Positions 50,404 through 63,421 of a stretch of 64,000 nt of DNA are shown piece by piece. This DNA is from Octopus bimaculoides (taxonomy: Eukaryota). The notes under the pieces were generated by a model that did no database searches, was not told where the DNA came from, and saw only the letters and a program-made list of their open reading frames with translations. Every line of letters begins with the position of its first letter. The stretch's first letter is position 1. The stretch spans positions 1,234,629-1,298,628 of the forward strand of contig NC_068993.1 of assembly GCF_001194135.2 (NCBI RefSeq), given 5' to 3'. A program made the translations under genes and the position numbers.

Positions 50404-51431
50404 ACCTAAATATCTATATGTAACTCTAGTGAAATAAATAGAGTTGATATCTACCTCATTGTCATAAAGATATACAATTTTCTTTTTTGCTAAAACAATG
50501 TCTTTCCAAACAACGCCGACCCCTGACCCCTTCTCAGTATGATTTTTATTTCTATTTTCCTGAACTACACCCCAAATCAAGTAGAATATATGTCATATTC
50601 GCTTGTTTTTTTGTGCTGTTGTTTTATCTCGCTCCTTGATCAGCAATAGACTTTTCCCACAATTCAGCAGCAGTTTTCTTTCTTTTCTTATTATTTGTGT
50701 GTTTTTGTTTCTCTATAATTCATTAAACGTTCCGTCAGCCTCAAGGAATAGTCATTTACAGTCATGTTTTAATTCTGTCATGAGTGAATGATATCCAGCG
50801 CACTTTTCCAATTTACATTGACTACGCATGGCTAGTGAGGCAGGCCTGTACTAGAATTTCTCCACCCTTAGGCGACGAAAAAGATGGCTTGATGAAGATT
50901 GTTGAAATGTTTCTACTACGGAGGCAAATTGAGAGGCCAACTGGAAGAAAAGCGATCATGGCATTTGAAAAAAGAAAACAACAGATTCCTTTTATCAAAA
51001 AACAAACATATAAGACGACAACGAATGGCTGAATATGAAAAATCTATCAAGTAAATAGACAAAAAGAGTAAAATACAATATCGGCAATTGGTTTGTATTG
51101 TCTGTTTTTTTTTCAATCATAACTACAATTTTTAATCATCGTATTTGTATCATTATATTGTTTTGACTAAAAAAACTAATGAGCTTCAATCAAAAGTTTT
51201 CTGTTTGAATGACAAAATTAGTATCGATTAGTCACGAATATATTGTTATACAGGGGAAGACAAAGGGTATAGAGCGGCGCTTATACCCTTCAAATAACGA
51301 ACTGTATTGCGATAGAGGCTGACATTATACCAAATAAACAATGCTGAGGCTTATCAATATTTTATTTCTGAAATATATATATTTATATATGCATGTATGT
51401 ATGTATGTATGTATGTATGTATGTATGTATG

Positions 51432-51505
<74 letters not shown>

Positions 51506-51574
51506 CACACATATATATACATATACATTTATATGTCCGTATATATTTATTTACGTGTACATATATATATTCTT

Positions 51575-51790
51575 TTATTCTATTCTTTTATTTGTTTCAG
51601 TCAGTTGACTGCGGCCATGCTGGAGCACCGCCTTTAGTCGAACAAATCGACCCTAGAACTTATTCGCTGTAAGCCCAGTACTTATTCTATCGGTCTCTTT
51701 GTCGAACCGCTACGTTACGGGGACGTAAACACACCACCATCGGTTGTCAAGCGATGTTGAGGGGACAAACACAGACACACAAACATACAC
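51575..51790 (-). mobile_element. Family B SINE 3' half
   Basis: TGACTGCGGCCATGCTGGAGCACCGCCTTTAGTCG...GAACCGCTACGTTACGGGGACGTAAACACACC. Confidence 0.9.
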
Positions 51791-51819
51791 ACATATATAC
51801 ATATATACTTACATATACT

Positions 51820-51858
<39 letters not shown>

Positions 51859-53859
51859 TGGAATCCCAACAGACTTTGAATTCAGAACCGAGATATATGG
51901 AGTATTGAAGCATTGAATCTCGGTCATTTCCACCGTTCTAAAATATAGTTTTGGTATTGTAAATAGTAAATACATTAATAATGGTTCAACAAATGATGTA
52001 GTTTGCCTCGTTATACGTGTTATGGTGTTGCTGTGGTGCCTTTGACAGCCCCACACCGCCTTATCTTGTGTTCGATCCCCCGTTAGAATTGCATTTCCTT
52101 ATTGAAGTCTGAGATGCCAGGGGAAAATACATAAATGTCACATTTTCATATCAGTTTAACCCCACCAAACCACCCCTGTTCACATTTCTGGCCAATAATT
52201 CTTAGTTTCTCGTTAAAAACTCTTCAGATTACAGAACTATTCTCTCACAACTTAATGCAACAATTAATTTGTAATTTCCACGATAATTATTTCGTATGCA
52301 TGGTTAATGACTCGAGTCGAGTTGTTTTCACGTTAGCAATGTGAATTATTGTTTCTATGTCCACCATGCAATAATTTTGCCTCGTACAGGACGAAATGAG
52401 CGCACTGATAATGTGTGGAACCTTGTCAACTACATGTCAGCTTTACCGTATTATGTTGGTTAAGCGCCAGCATTGATACATTCGACAAAATTCTTATTTA
52501 ATGGGCTTCGCTGAAATAAAAATTGCAATTCAATAGAGAAAGATACTGATCGATAGTCTCTATCTATGGAGTTTGGCAGTTTTTCAGCTATCTGTCACAT
52601 GTCTATGTCTATCTGCCTCTATCTGTCTCAACATAGTGATAAGGATTCAAAAGCCTCCACTGGCGAACCACCAACTGCTAACATAATTTAGTGACAGGGG
52701 GAGATAACTGTTTCCCCACTTACTACAATTTCGTCAAACAAAATTGACGTCCATTGTTGACTTCGCTGAAATTGATCTCTCAACACATCAAGTTGATTTT
52801 ATTTAGGTTTAACAGATCCAGTGGAGACAGTAATTACTGCAAGACAACCAAACACAATAAAGGAAATACTTCTTTAAATGAAACAATAGTTGTATTGGGT
52901 ACAGTTGGGTTTCACATATCAATAATTCCGGGAAGAAGACACAAAGAAGTAGAACGAAGGTGAATGGTAGAAGCCTTGTATAGTTGAGTTGTTGTAATAG
53001 AAATGAAATATCAAAATATTTCCGGCTTACGGCTGGAGGATTTATAAGTAAACCTGACCTAACTTCAAGATATAACTGATCTTATATAAATGCAATTGTC
53101 GTATTACTCTTAATTCTTCATATCGTCTTCTTTTGGGGGTGTTTTCTGTGATTCGTGTCCTTTTACTTTAAAATTTCACCAGTTCCATCTCTGATGGATT
53201 CTACGATGTTTTACAATTCTTTCTGTAACCAATTTCGCTCTTAGTGTTGTTATTTTTTTTCTTTTTCTGCCTGATGTTCTTGTTTAATCTTAAGTCGGCC
53301 CTTTCTTGGTTCAAAACCGGTCCAAGAGTGACCGCCCTGCCAAGAACTTCTTAACCGCGTAGCCATGCCTTTGGTTAAATAACTTTAGTCGTCATACAAT
53401 CATGCCTGCGGCCAGTTTACTGTAATCTTAGGTTATAAAATTAGCTCCAATTGTGTTGTGAGACAATCTCCTTCCTGTCCTAAAGCAGGGATTTGTGTGG
53501 AACAGTTTGTGGTGTGGGGAAAAATAAACATTTGATAAATATATGTATGTATGTATGTATATATACAAACACACACACACACATATACGCACACATACAC
53601 ACACACATGTGTACATATATATATATATATATAATGTAGAAAGAACATTTCAGTTGAAAGAAACATTATTTGGGATATTTTCGATAAAACTTATAATTAT
53701 TTGGATCGTGTGAAGCGGAATGATTTTGTATCTAATCTATCAAGAATTTCTTTCACTTTACCAAAAATATTTGCTCAAATGCCAACTGTTGTCTACAGTC
53801 TACGCTATAATGTACTTATATACACACACACTTTTTTTTTTAATCTAACATTGTGCGCA

Positions 53860-54170
53860 AATTAAACAGAACAGTTGTAAGCAGGAAGAGGGATCAGTTC
53901 TTCTGGGAATTTATCAGGGAATGAGTTCCAATCTTTGTTAAAGAAGAAGAGGACATACAGCAATTAGTTACTGAATTGTGACGATGATGATAAATGGGAT
54001 CTAACGAAATAAGGGATGATTGTCTATAACAGCCATTAGGGAGTATGAGTAGTCTATAAGGGGGAAGAAAATGACTTGCGGTGGTAAAAGGGAATGGCTT
54101 GATATTCCTTGCAGGACTATTTATAAGAGAATTCAGTAGAGTTCCTAAAACTGGAATTGTTTATTCTCAT
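53860..54170 (-). mobile_element. Possible decayed LINE C-terminal fragment
   Basis: Minus translation contains FFFNKDWNSFPDKFP, resembling the SFF.R...WNSLP motif at the end of CR1/Jockey-type ORF2. Weak. Confidence 0.25.
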
Positions 54171-54961
54171 TCTGCGACCAGGTAACATCACTGACCGATG
54201 GATTCACACACCTACATACCTTCGCACGCACACATTCTCATACACACATTCACACATACACATATAAACATTCACACATACAAGTACCTTTTAAATAGTA
54301 CCTCGATTACTGTCTCTCCAGTACCCCTGATTAACCAAAATGCTACAATCTGAGACATCTTCCTTAATTCGTTTAGCCATTTATTGGCGATGTTAAACAG
54401 ATGGACGAGAAAAGAATTAGAACCACCGAATATACACTGAAATAACACAAAATTTAAACAACATTCAACTCTGAGTATATTGCTCCAGTATGACTTTAAT
54501 TCTGATGACCAAAATATTCCCCATGTCTAAGGAATTAAATAACTATCCCTTCACAGAAAATGGCTTTGTGCCATTTCTCAAGAAAGTACTTTGTCCTGTA
54601 ATTTGAACCAAATATCAAATTGCATCCAACATAAAAGTTTCTGTTAATATTCTTTGAAAGTAGAAACTTTTTCTTTGTTTTTCAAAGAAAGTAGTGCCAA
54701 ACAAAATATATTTCGTAGATAGCAATGGCTGTCTTTGGCGTTCGTTCTGTAAACCATCATACCTGTTAATATTCTTACATTTATTGCAACTCCAAATCCG
54801 TGTTTCAATATAAAGGGAAAGATGAGATATCAAGATGACCAATTCAATTCATGTGCGAAATTATGCATCGAGAAATTGAGTCGGAATATTCCCCGAAGCG
54901 ATCCAAAAATGAGACAACAACGTTTTTGCCAACCTTTCTACAACTCTCCAACTACTGCCGT

Positions 54962-55009
<48 letters not shown>

Positions 55010-55473
55010 TCAGTCTATACTTTCTTTCACCGTATCTTCATGTCTACACTTCTTTATTATTTCTCGATTTCTTTCTTTCTTTCTCCTCTTTGCATTCTTT
55101 TCTTTTTACTTCACAATCCCTCTTTCTTTCTTTCTTTCTTTCTTTTATTTTCTCATCTCTAATTCCACCATTTCTTTCTCGTTCCAAACAAACATTACAT
55201 GCAAGTATTCATGAATTCTTCACTTCTTCTGGAAGTTAGAAAGTAGAGGGTAGAGGGTAACTGGGTGGAGCAGTAAAGGTGAAAGTAGAAGGTGGTGTGT
55301 AAGAAGGATATGAATTGTATTGCAGACTGTTTCCATGATTAAATACAAATTATTCAAATATGAACTTTAATTTTTAGCAATTATTGGACACAACATTCAC
55401 CGTCCATTCATGGGACAAAACCGATGCTTCATTGGAGATAAGATATCCTAAGATGTAATTTATATCACTGATC

Positions 55474-55515
<42 letters not shown>

Positions 55516-55560
55516 CCATCATCTTCTTCTTCTTTCTTCTCTCTCTCTCTCTCTCTCTGT

Positions 55561-55655
<95 letters not shown>
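55474..55655. repeat. (ATC)n followed by (CT)n microsatellite
   Basis: Adjacent arrays. Confidence 0.95.
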
Positions 55656-55658
<3 letters not shown>

Positions 55659-55835
55659 ATCTCGTCAGTTTAGTCACAATCTTCTTAAACATTACTATTT
55701 TAACCAGTCAACCGTTAACGCAAACTCTCTTTTACTTGGGACAGAAGTGCAATTGCTGTTTTCTTAGATTTCTAAATAATCTTTGAAAATTCTTCAATCC
55801 CACTAATAATTAGACAGCTCTCCAGCAATTATTAT

Positions 55836-56052
55836 TGGTAGAATCGTTACCGTGCTAGACGAAAAGCTTAGCAGCATTTCGTCCGTCTTTACGTTCTGAG
55901 TTCAAATTCCACCTTAGTCGACTTTACCTTTCGGGGCCGATAAAATAAGTACCAGTTGAATACTGGCGTCGATATAATCGACTCATCCCCTCTCCCAACA
56001 TTGCTGCCCTTGCGGAAAAATCTGAAACCACTATTATCATTATTATTATTAC

Positions 56053-56118
<66 letters not shown>

Positions 56119-56120
56119 TA
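55836..56120 (+). mobile_element. Family A SINE with (ATT)n/(ATC)n tail
   Basis: GGTAGAATCGTTA head, TTACGTTCTGAGTTCAAATTCC, ATAAGTACCAGTTGAATACTGGCGTCGAT; tail at 56030-56120. Confidence 0.9.
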
Positions 56121-56135
56121 TTCCTTTGTAATATT

Positions 56136-56302
56136 GGTAGAAAGTCGCAAATTGTGTGGGGTGGGGCTATTTGACTAAATCGATCCCGTTTTTAATTGGT
56201 GTTTTACTTTGTCGACACTGAAAGAGTCAAAATAACGTTAACCTCAGATTTGAACTCAGCTAACGTATTTTGTTCTTGACTCAAATGATTCTGCTAATCA
56301 TT
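56136..56302 (-). mobile_element. Degenerate family A SINE, tail-to-tail with the preceding copy
   Basis: Reverse complement has TAGCAGAATCATTTG and CTGAGTTCAAATCTGAGGTTAAC segments. Confidence 0.55.
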
Positions 56303-56488
56303 CGCCCTTACAATGACCGCTCTATATTCTAGAAATAGCACATATATATATCTCCTTTAAATCACGCTCTACCTTGTTTAAATGGAAGGAGCGGCCATCG
56401 CTGGAATGTCTTTGATTGTAGGATTTTACTGGAGCTGAACAACGACAATATTTAAACAAAGATTTCTCTCATTTCCACTGATCTCTTT

Positions 56489-56741
56489 TCAGAACATATT
56501 CGAGAAAACCAATGAAATATTTGCAATGAACCGTCGTCTTTGTTGCTGAGAAGACCTCAATTTCATTATTTGTATTTTCAGAAGGTAATAACAGGGTAGC
56601 TTTGCTTTTACAATGGACTTGTGTAAAAGCTGTTCGATTCCTCTAGAAATAGCAGTGGTTCCATATAAGTCTACAGGTCCGAAGATGTGGAGTTCTTGTA
56701 GGCTCAATACTTCTGTATGTATAACTGTACCTTGGTATCCC
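56489..56741 (-). CDS. Candidate (terminal) coding exon, unknown protein
   Basis: Acceptor TATTTGTATGTTTTGCTAG, phase-2 entry compatible with the 58101-58388 exon, open to a stop (GYQGTVIHTEVLSLQELHIFGPVDLYGTTAISRGIEQLL...). Confidence 0.3.
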
Positions 56742-57131
56742 CTAGCAAAACATACAAATATATATATTTGACCCTTTTTAATCTTATTCTGGAACAAATA
56801 GCCTCCAAAGTAAGCCAGTACACGAAATTGATATTTTATAGACCAAAACAAGCATTCACTATTTCTCCCCGAACGTTAAATGGCAGCATTTTTTTCCCAT
56901 CCATTATTTATGCTGCTCCCTATTGTTACCCTTACGCCCCACCCCACCCCACCCCCTATCTAGTGGGACCCGAGCAACGTCTGTCAAACAGGTATCACTT
57001 TATAAATCCAATAATTGTTTCTGCTTCTCATTTCTGACACCATCATTTATTTCTTCATTTTTATGCACATCATCTCCTATTTAATGGGTTTTACTTCTAT
57101 CTGTGAGGTTGGTGACATCAGGAAGGTACTG

Positions 57132-57172
57132 ACAGGAAGTTGTGCTCACTTAAAAACATTGACGCCATCTTG
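57132..57172. promoter_or_regulatory. ETS plus YY1 motif pair
   Basis: ACAGGAAGT at 57132-57140 and CGCCATCTTG (reverse complement CAAGATGGCG) at 57163-57172, overlapping a TGACG. Confidence 0.3.
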
Positions 57173-58100
57173 ATTCGTTTTAATAATAAAAAAAAAGGCT
57201 TATTGTGTTTAAAACACATGGAACATTAAAATATTGCTACTTTACAAAACAATAACTAGATAGATAAAAACTGTAAAACAACCCCTAAAAGGTTTTTGTG
57301 TAAAAATTTATCTTTAATATAGAAATGGAAAAGAAAGTTGAATATAATTGCTTGTGTAGGGAAGTTGCTTCTTTTCAAGTCATCCTATTTCTCGACATTA
57401 TTTCTTTTTACGTCTTTAAGAAGTTCGATCAGAAATTTTCTACCGTAAGAAAAATTTTGTTTTTTTATTTGTACAAATATTGATAACATATTCAGTAAAG
57501 CAAAACGGCATCGATTAATTGATTTTTGTCGACTTCAAAAGAAATGCAGTAATGTAACGAGTTTTCGAAAGCCATGAGAAAAATAAGTGCTGCTCCCAGT
57601 AATTACTAAGAATTTCTGAAAGAGCAGATCAATGTAATGATGGGAGAAGGTTAATGATGAGGTGTTTAAGTGAACGTACAAACCATAAGTGGAATATTTT
57701 AACATTTAATTTGCTGGCATAAGCAGAGGTTGATGTGTTAAACATGGATACCTTAATATATTCACGCTGAATCTATATAATTTCTGAGATTCAAAAGGAA
57801 ACGTGTTCAAATTCTTACTTAGACAATCGCTGTGACGATTTATGCTGGAAACAATCATCTTCTTCATCGTAATATGATTTCTATTATTCTAAAGTTTGAG
57901 TCTTCTTAACTTTTCACTGCAAATATTATTTTGTAAACTGTTCAAAGAGATTACAGTTTCATCATGTTGTTCACTTTTTCTCTCTCCAATTCTAGTTTCA
58001 TCCTCCCACGTTTTTCTTTTGATTACCTTCCCACAACACCTCTCCCGGCCTTTCTCATCACTGCCCACCCCCACATTCAATTTCTTTATAATTTACTCAC

Positions 58101-58388
58101 CTACAACCAACGTTTTGTCCTTTCTTTGAAAAGCAAGATGCTGAAACAGGATCTCCTGCATTTCGAGATACAAAAACGTGTTTTTTTTCTTTTCTTGTCA
58201 CCGTTCGATAAGGCATTAAAGTATGGATGCATTTTCCTTTGTCTCCTAGTTCTGCTAGGGAAGTCCTTTTCCCTGCCAGATATTCCTTATTTGGGATTCT
58301 TCGATAGATCGTAACTTCCAACGAAAAACGGTTGGAATTGCTTTCTACATCGCTTTCATTTGTCAAACAAATTGGCGGGAAGTTTGAA
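58101..58388 (-). CDS. Candidate internal coding exon, unknown protein
   Basis: Acceptor CTTTTTCCTTCGCTCAG, donor AG|GTGAGT, 288 nt open, phase 2-2 (SNFPPICLTNES...SKKGQNVGC). No homology recognised. Confidence 0.35.
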
Positions 58389-58591
58389 CTGAGCGAAGGA
58401 AAAAGCTATTCCAATCTCCGTTTAGCAAAACTAGTATCTAAATACAATTGCTATTGATGTTATTTTCAATCGTGTGGCTCAAATTGTTCAAAATAAAGTT
58501 TTCTGTCATACAAACAATATCTTTTCCTGGTTGCCAAATTTAGTCTACTGGGACACTAAATTCATTTTATTTCTTTCCTGTTTATTCCCAG

Positions 58592-58873
58592 TTAAATCCT
58601 TTCTTTTCTGCTGAATCAGGCAGGGGTACTTTCTGTCCTACTTCTTTGAATGCTGAGCTAGAATCGATTCGACATCGGGAATTCTTTGACGAGTCAGACA
58701 ATCGTGAATTCAAAGCAGCCCAAAGTTTGTTTGGAAAAACCTCACCACCTTATATTTATTCTGTGTTTGTTTTATTTTTTTTTTCTTTGCTAACAGTTCC
58801 TTACCCCCACAGTAGTCAATTCCTTCTCATTCTCTGTTTCTTGGTACTCTGCCTTTTCGCTAGTCCTTGGTGA
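58592..58873 (+). CDS. Candidate exon with hydrophobic C-terminus
   Basis: Strong acceptor TTTCTTTCCTGTTTATTCCCAG, 93 sense codons to a stop (LNPFFSAESGRG...LFASPW*). The hydrophobic tail may only reflect T-rich DNA. Confidence 0.2.
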   Translation, partial: LNPFFSAESGRGTFCPTSLNAELESIRHREFFDESDNREFKAAQSLFGKTSPPYIYSVFVLFFFSLLTVPYPHSSQFLLILCFLVLCLFASPW

Positions 58874-59431
58874 GAGCGCGCCCTTCCACTCAAGCTATCG
58901 ACAGATGGTACTCCAGCTCATGTGACGGTGTATTACCTCCAAGATTTACAATCTTTCAAACCAGACATACTCTTCCATATGCCCTGCCTCTGTCGAGAAC
59001 CCACACATCGGACGAAGCTTTTCTTTGGATTGCATATGTAATCTTAACTGTTACTTGAATAATAAGGGTATGACACCTTACTTCAAATCTTTTCTGGGTA
59101 AATTCTTCGTGTAAGGAGATTTCTTCTGACAAACCTCTCCTTTCGCTTTTCCTTGAACCAGCTCATCTCATGGAGCTCTTTGTGACTCACAACACTTGCA
59201 AAAGAATTGTGTTGTTCTTGTTGTTGTTGTGTCGTTGATATTGATACTATTTATACTGTCTTTTCTTTTCCAGTTAAATTAATGTTTCAAAGCTTTTCTT
59301 GTCTTTTCCATTATACAACTATAAATCATTATATTTCGAGCTCTGATTTTTTTTATTTTGTTTAATCTTTACATTTTTTTTTTTCCTTTTAATCTGTTTT
59401 CGTTGCTGGGAAGTATATTTATTTACGTTAA

Positions 59432-59491
<60 letters not shown>

Positions 59492-59572
59492 AGCTGCTGC
59501 TGCTACTGCTACTGCTGCTGTTGTTGCTGCTGTTATTACTCCTGCTAAAACTAATACTACCACTATTGCTGC

Positions 59573-59636
<64 letters not shown>

Positions 59637-59637
59637 A
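59432..59637. repeat. Compound trinucleotide microsatellite (ACT)n-(GCT/GTT)n-(GAT)n
   Basis: Continuous 3-nt periodicity with successive unit changes. Confidence 0.95.
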
Positions 59638-61393
59638 CCACCACTGTAGCACAGGGCTCTTCCTACTAATCTGGAAGGTTACTTTTGGACTATGAATAAT
59701 AACACAAATGACTACGGGAGGGAGGCGGACAATAATAGACACCCGGATGAAGATAGAGGCTTGACGAATATTTTTCCACCCCCGGGACAATGAGGACAGG
59801 CTTTCAAATACTCTGAAACCTTTTGTTGATAAACGAAATAAAGAAAAACATGTTCCACCCAGTAATACTGGAAGAAATCACTTTCTCAGCAGAAACTCTG
59901 GAAACAAATGCGTTGATGGCAAACAATAATAATAAACATATTTTATCAGCTCAATTCATCTGTCACCTTATCATATATGCATGTGCGCTCGCGTGCGTGT
60001 GCTAGTGTGTGTTTGCTCAAACCACCGTAACATTACATGAATGTATAGTAAAGTGTGTTGTAATTAGACGGTCATCTCTGCTAATTATATAGTTATCGGT
60101 GTTATAATTACTGTCTGTCTGAGGCAAGGTAATCAGACAAGCAATGACAAGGTACTCGTTAAAAAGCATCAGATGTCTTTTGATAGGAACGGTTTATGAA
60201 GTTGATTAAAAGTGTCTTTCCAATAATTACTGTTCTGTTCTATCATACCTCGAAGATTTCCTGCTAATCACTTGACAAGAAATCTTTCAACTATATCGTT
60301 ATTTTACTTTTTTTCTTTTCGTTTTGTTGTTGTCGTTGTTGTTTGTTATTATTATTATTATTTATTTATTATTTTTTTTTTTTTTTGCTTTTGTTGTTTC
60401 ATTCCTGAAATAATACTCATTGGAATCAACAGCCTTTATGGTAATGGCATCTCTTTACAATAAAAAAATATATTTCGTGGATATTTGATGTTTGTTGTCG
60501 TTTTCATACCAACCAAACATGTTTAAATAAAATGTTAAGCTCCATAAACTTAATAAAACTTTTCTACTCCAACAAGTGCAAAACAAATTAAAATTTTCAA
60601 AGAATGCCAATAAAACTTTTTTTTTTAATTTAAATATAAGCTCAATTTCTAAAAAGCTGTTTATAATTATTTGCTTGCAACAAAACAAAACAGAAACTAA
60701 TCAATANNNNNNNNNNNNNNNNNNNNNNNNNNNNNNNNNNNNNNNNNNNNNNNNNNNNNNNNNNNNNNNNNNNNNNNNNNNNNNNNNNNNNNNNNNNNNN
60801 NNNNNNNNNNNNNNNNNNNNNNNNNNNNNNNNNNNNNNNNNNNNNNNNNNNNNNNNNNNNNNNNNNNNNNNNNNNNNNNNNNNNNNNNNNNNNNNNNNNN
60901 NNNNNNNNNNNNNNNNNNNNNNNNNNNNNNNNNNNNNNNNNNNNNNNNNNNNNNNNNNNNNNNNNNNNNNNNNNNNNNNNNNNNNNNNNNNNNNNNNNNN
61001 NNNNNNNNNNNNNNNNNNNNNNNNNNNNNNNNNNNNNNNNNNNNNNNNNNNNNNNNNNNNNNNNNNNNNNNNNNNNNNNNNNNNNNNNNNNNNNNNNNNN
61101 NNNNNNNNNNNNNNNNNNNNNNNNNNNNNNNNNNNNNNNNNNNNNNNNNNNNNNNNNNNNNNNNNNNNNNNNNNNNNNNNNNNNNNNNNNNNNNNNNNNN
61201 NNNNNNNNNNNNNNNNNNNNNNNNNNNNNNNNNNNNNNNNNNNNNNNNNNNNNNNNNNNNNNNNNNNNNNNNNNNNNNNNNNNNNNNNNNNNNNNNNNNN
61301 NTTTTGTTTTTTTTTTGTCATTTTAATAAAGAAATGAAAGCATGGATAGATATTTGTAGATATACACACATACACACATTCACACACACACAT

Positions 61394-61428
<35 letters not shown>

Positions 61429-61558
61429 GAGGTGATGGAAACGGGAAGAATGTGGATAAAAAGAGAATATAAGCAGAGAAAATAGATCAGGAAGAAAAAA
61501 TGAAATAAAACAAAAGAAATAATAGAGAATTAAATATGAAAGTTTATCTCGAAAACCG

Positions 61559-61590
<32 letters not shown>

Positions 61591-62871
61591 AGTGATGACT
61601 GCTGCAACTTCTCATGTTGTTCACCAACGCTAACTGTCGTCTGCCTGAATCAATAGTTGCCATGTTTATATATTGAAATACTAACACACACACAAACACA
61701 AACGCTTGCATGCATGTATGTATGTATGTGTATTTATATACATNNNNNNNNNNNNNNNNNNNNNNNNNNNNNNNNNNNNNNNNNNNNNNNNNNNNNNNNN
61801 NNNNNNNNNNNNNNNNNNNNNNNNNNNNNNNNNNNNNNNNNNNNNNNNNNNNNNNNNNNNNNNNNNNNNNNNNNNNNNNNNNNNNNNNNNNNNNNNNNNN
61901 NNNNNNNNNNNNNNNNNNNNNNNNNNNNNNNNNNNNNNNNNNNNNNNNNNNNNNNNNNNNNNNNNNNNNNNNNNNNNNNNNNNNNNNNNNNNNNNNNNNN
62001 NNNNNNNNNNNNNNNNNNNNNNNNNNNNNNTATATATATATATATATATGTGTGTGTGTATGTATGTATGTATGTATGTATGTACGTGTGTATATGTGCG
62101 GATTTGTATGTTTTATTCTATGCATGTATTCTCGCGCCTATAGTTCCATGTCCAGACGTGCCCATATATACTTGAACGATAAACCTCTGGTAAGTTTTAC
62201 AGATTTTTACAGTTCCCGTGATGGCTTGGATCTGCAGTCTTCCTGTGAGGGCTATGGGCTCTAGCTCTTCCCCCAAACCCACTAAGTTAAGAACATTATT
62301 GTACATGTTTTGGGACAGCTTGATGAAGGAAATACTTCTATGACCGTCACGCGACTGTTATGTGACTGTCACATCTGTTTTTGGGCAGGTGAATAAACAT
62401 AGAATTCTTGAATTCTTCGGGAATGAATCTTGCTGACCACGTCAAGGAAAACAGTTCAATTTTATAATGAGCGTTTAATCGCCATATACATATCTTTTAG
62501 CAGGAAGTGAGCCTTCTACTTGTCTTGCATTAAAATGCAATGATCCCTATAGCTTCATGGGTTTTTAAAAGAAAATTTCATTCAGGTCTGCATTTATGGG
62601 GATCTGCAGCAGATTGTCAATAAATTCTTCATTGATTCTTGACAATCTATTGTGAACGTTGTAAAAGAGTTCAGTCCATCTTTTTATGCATTACTTGTCT
62701 ATGATATGGGGGCTGTCACCTGCTATGAGCAGGAATAAAACATCCACACAAGCTGAGTCATAGATGGCAGGAAGGTCTTCGAAATAATTTCGTGAATTGT
62801 GTCCAGCATACAATTCTATCTTCCGAACCTTTTTCTTTGCACCAATTATTTTCTCCTGACCTTTAGTTATT

Positions 62872-62911
<40 letters not shown>

Positions 62912-63353
62912 NNNNNNNNNNNNNNNNNNNNNNNNNNNNNNNNNNNNNNNNNNNNNNNNNNNNNNNNNNNNNNNNNNNNNNNNNNNNNNNNNNNNNNNNN
63001 NNNNNNNNNNNNNNNNNNNNNNNNNNNNNNNNNNNNNNNNNNNNNNNNNNNNNNNNNNNNNNNNNNNNNNNNNNNNNNNNNNNNNNNNNNNNNNNNNNNN
63101 NNNNNNNNNNNNNNNNNNNNNNNNNNNNNNNNNNNNNNNNNNNNNNNNNNNNNNNNNNNNNNNNNNNNNNNNNNNNNNNNNNNNNNNNNNNNNNNNNNNN
63201 NNNNNNNNNNNNNNNNNNNNNNNNNNNNNNNNNNNNNNNNNNNNNNNNNNNNNNNNNNNNNNNNNNNNNNNNNNNNNNNNNNNNNNNNNNNNNNNNNNNN
63301 NNNNNNNNNNNNNNNNNNNNNNNNNNNNNNNNNNNNNNNNNNNNNNNNNNNNN

Positions 63354-63421
<68 letters not shown>

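Noticed and set aside
688-56302. tRNA genes
   Set aside because: All A/B-box sequences run into SINE bodies and do not form complete cloverleafs.
57900-59200. Confident call of a Ty3/gypsy gag-pol remnant
   Set aside because: Only loose CCHC-spaced and IDSSS motifs were seen. No RT core (LPFG, YxDD) follows, so it is kept only as an alternative.
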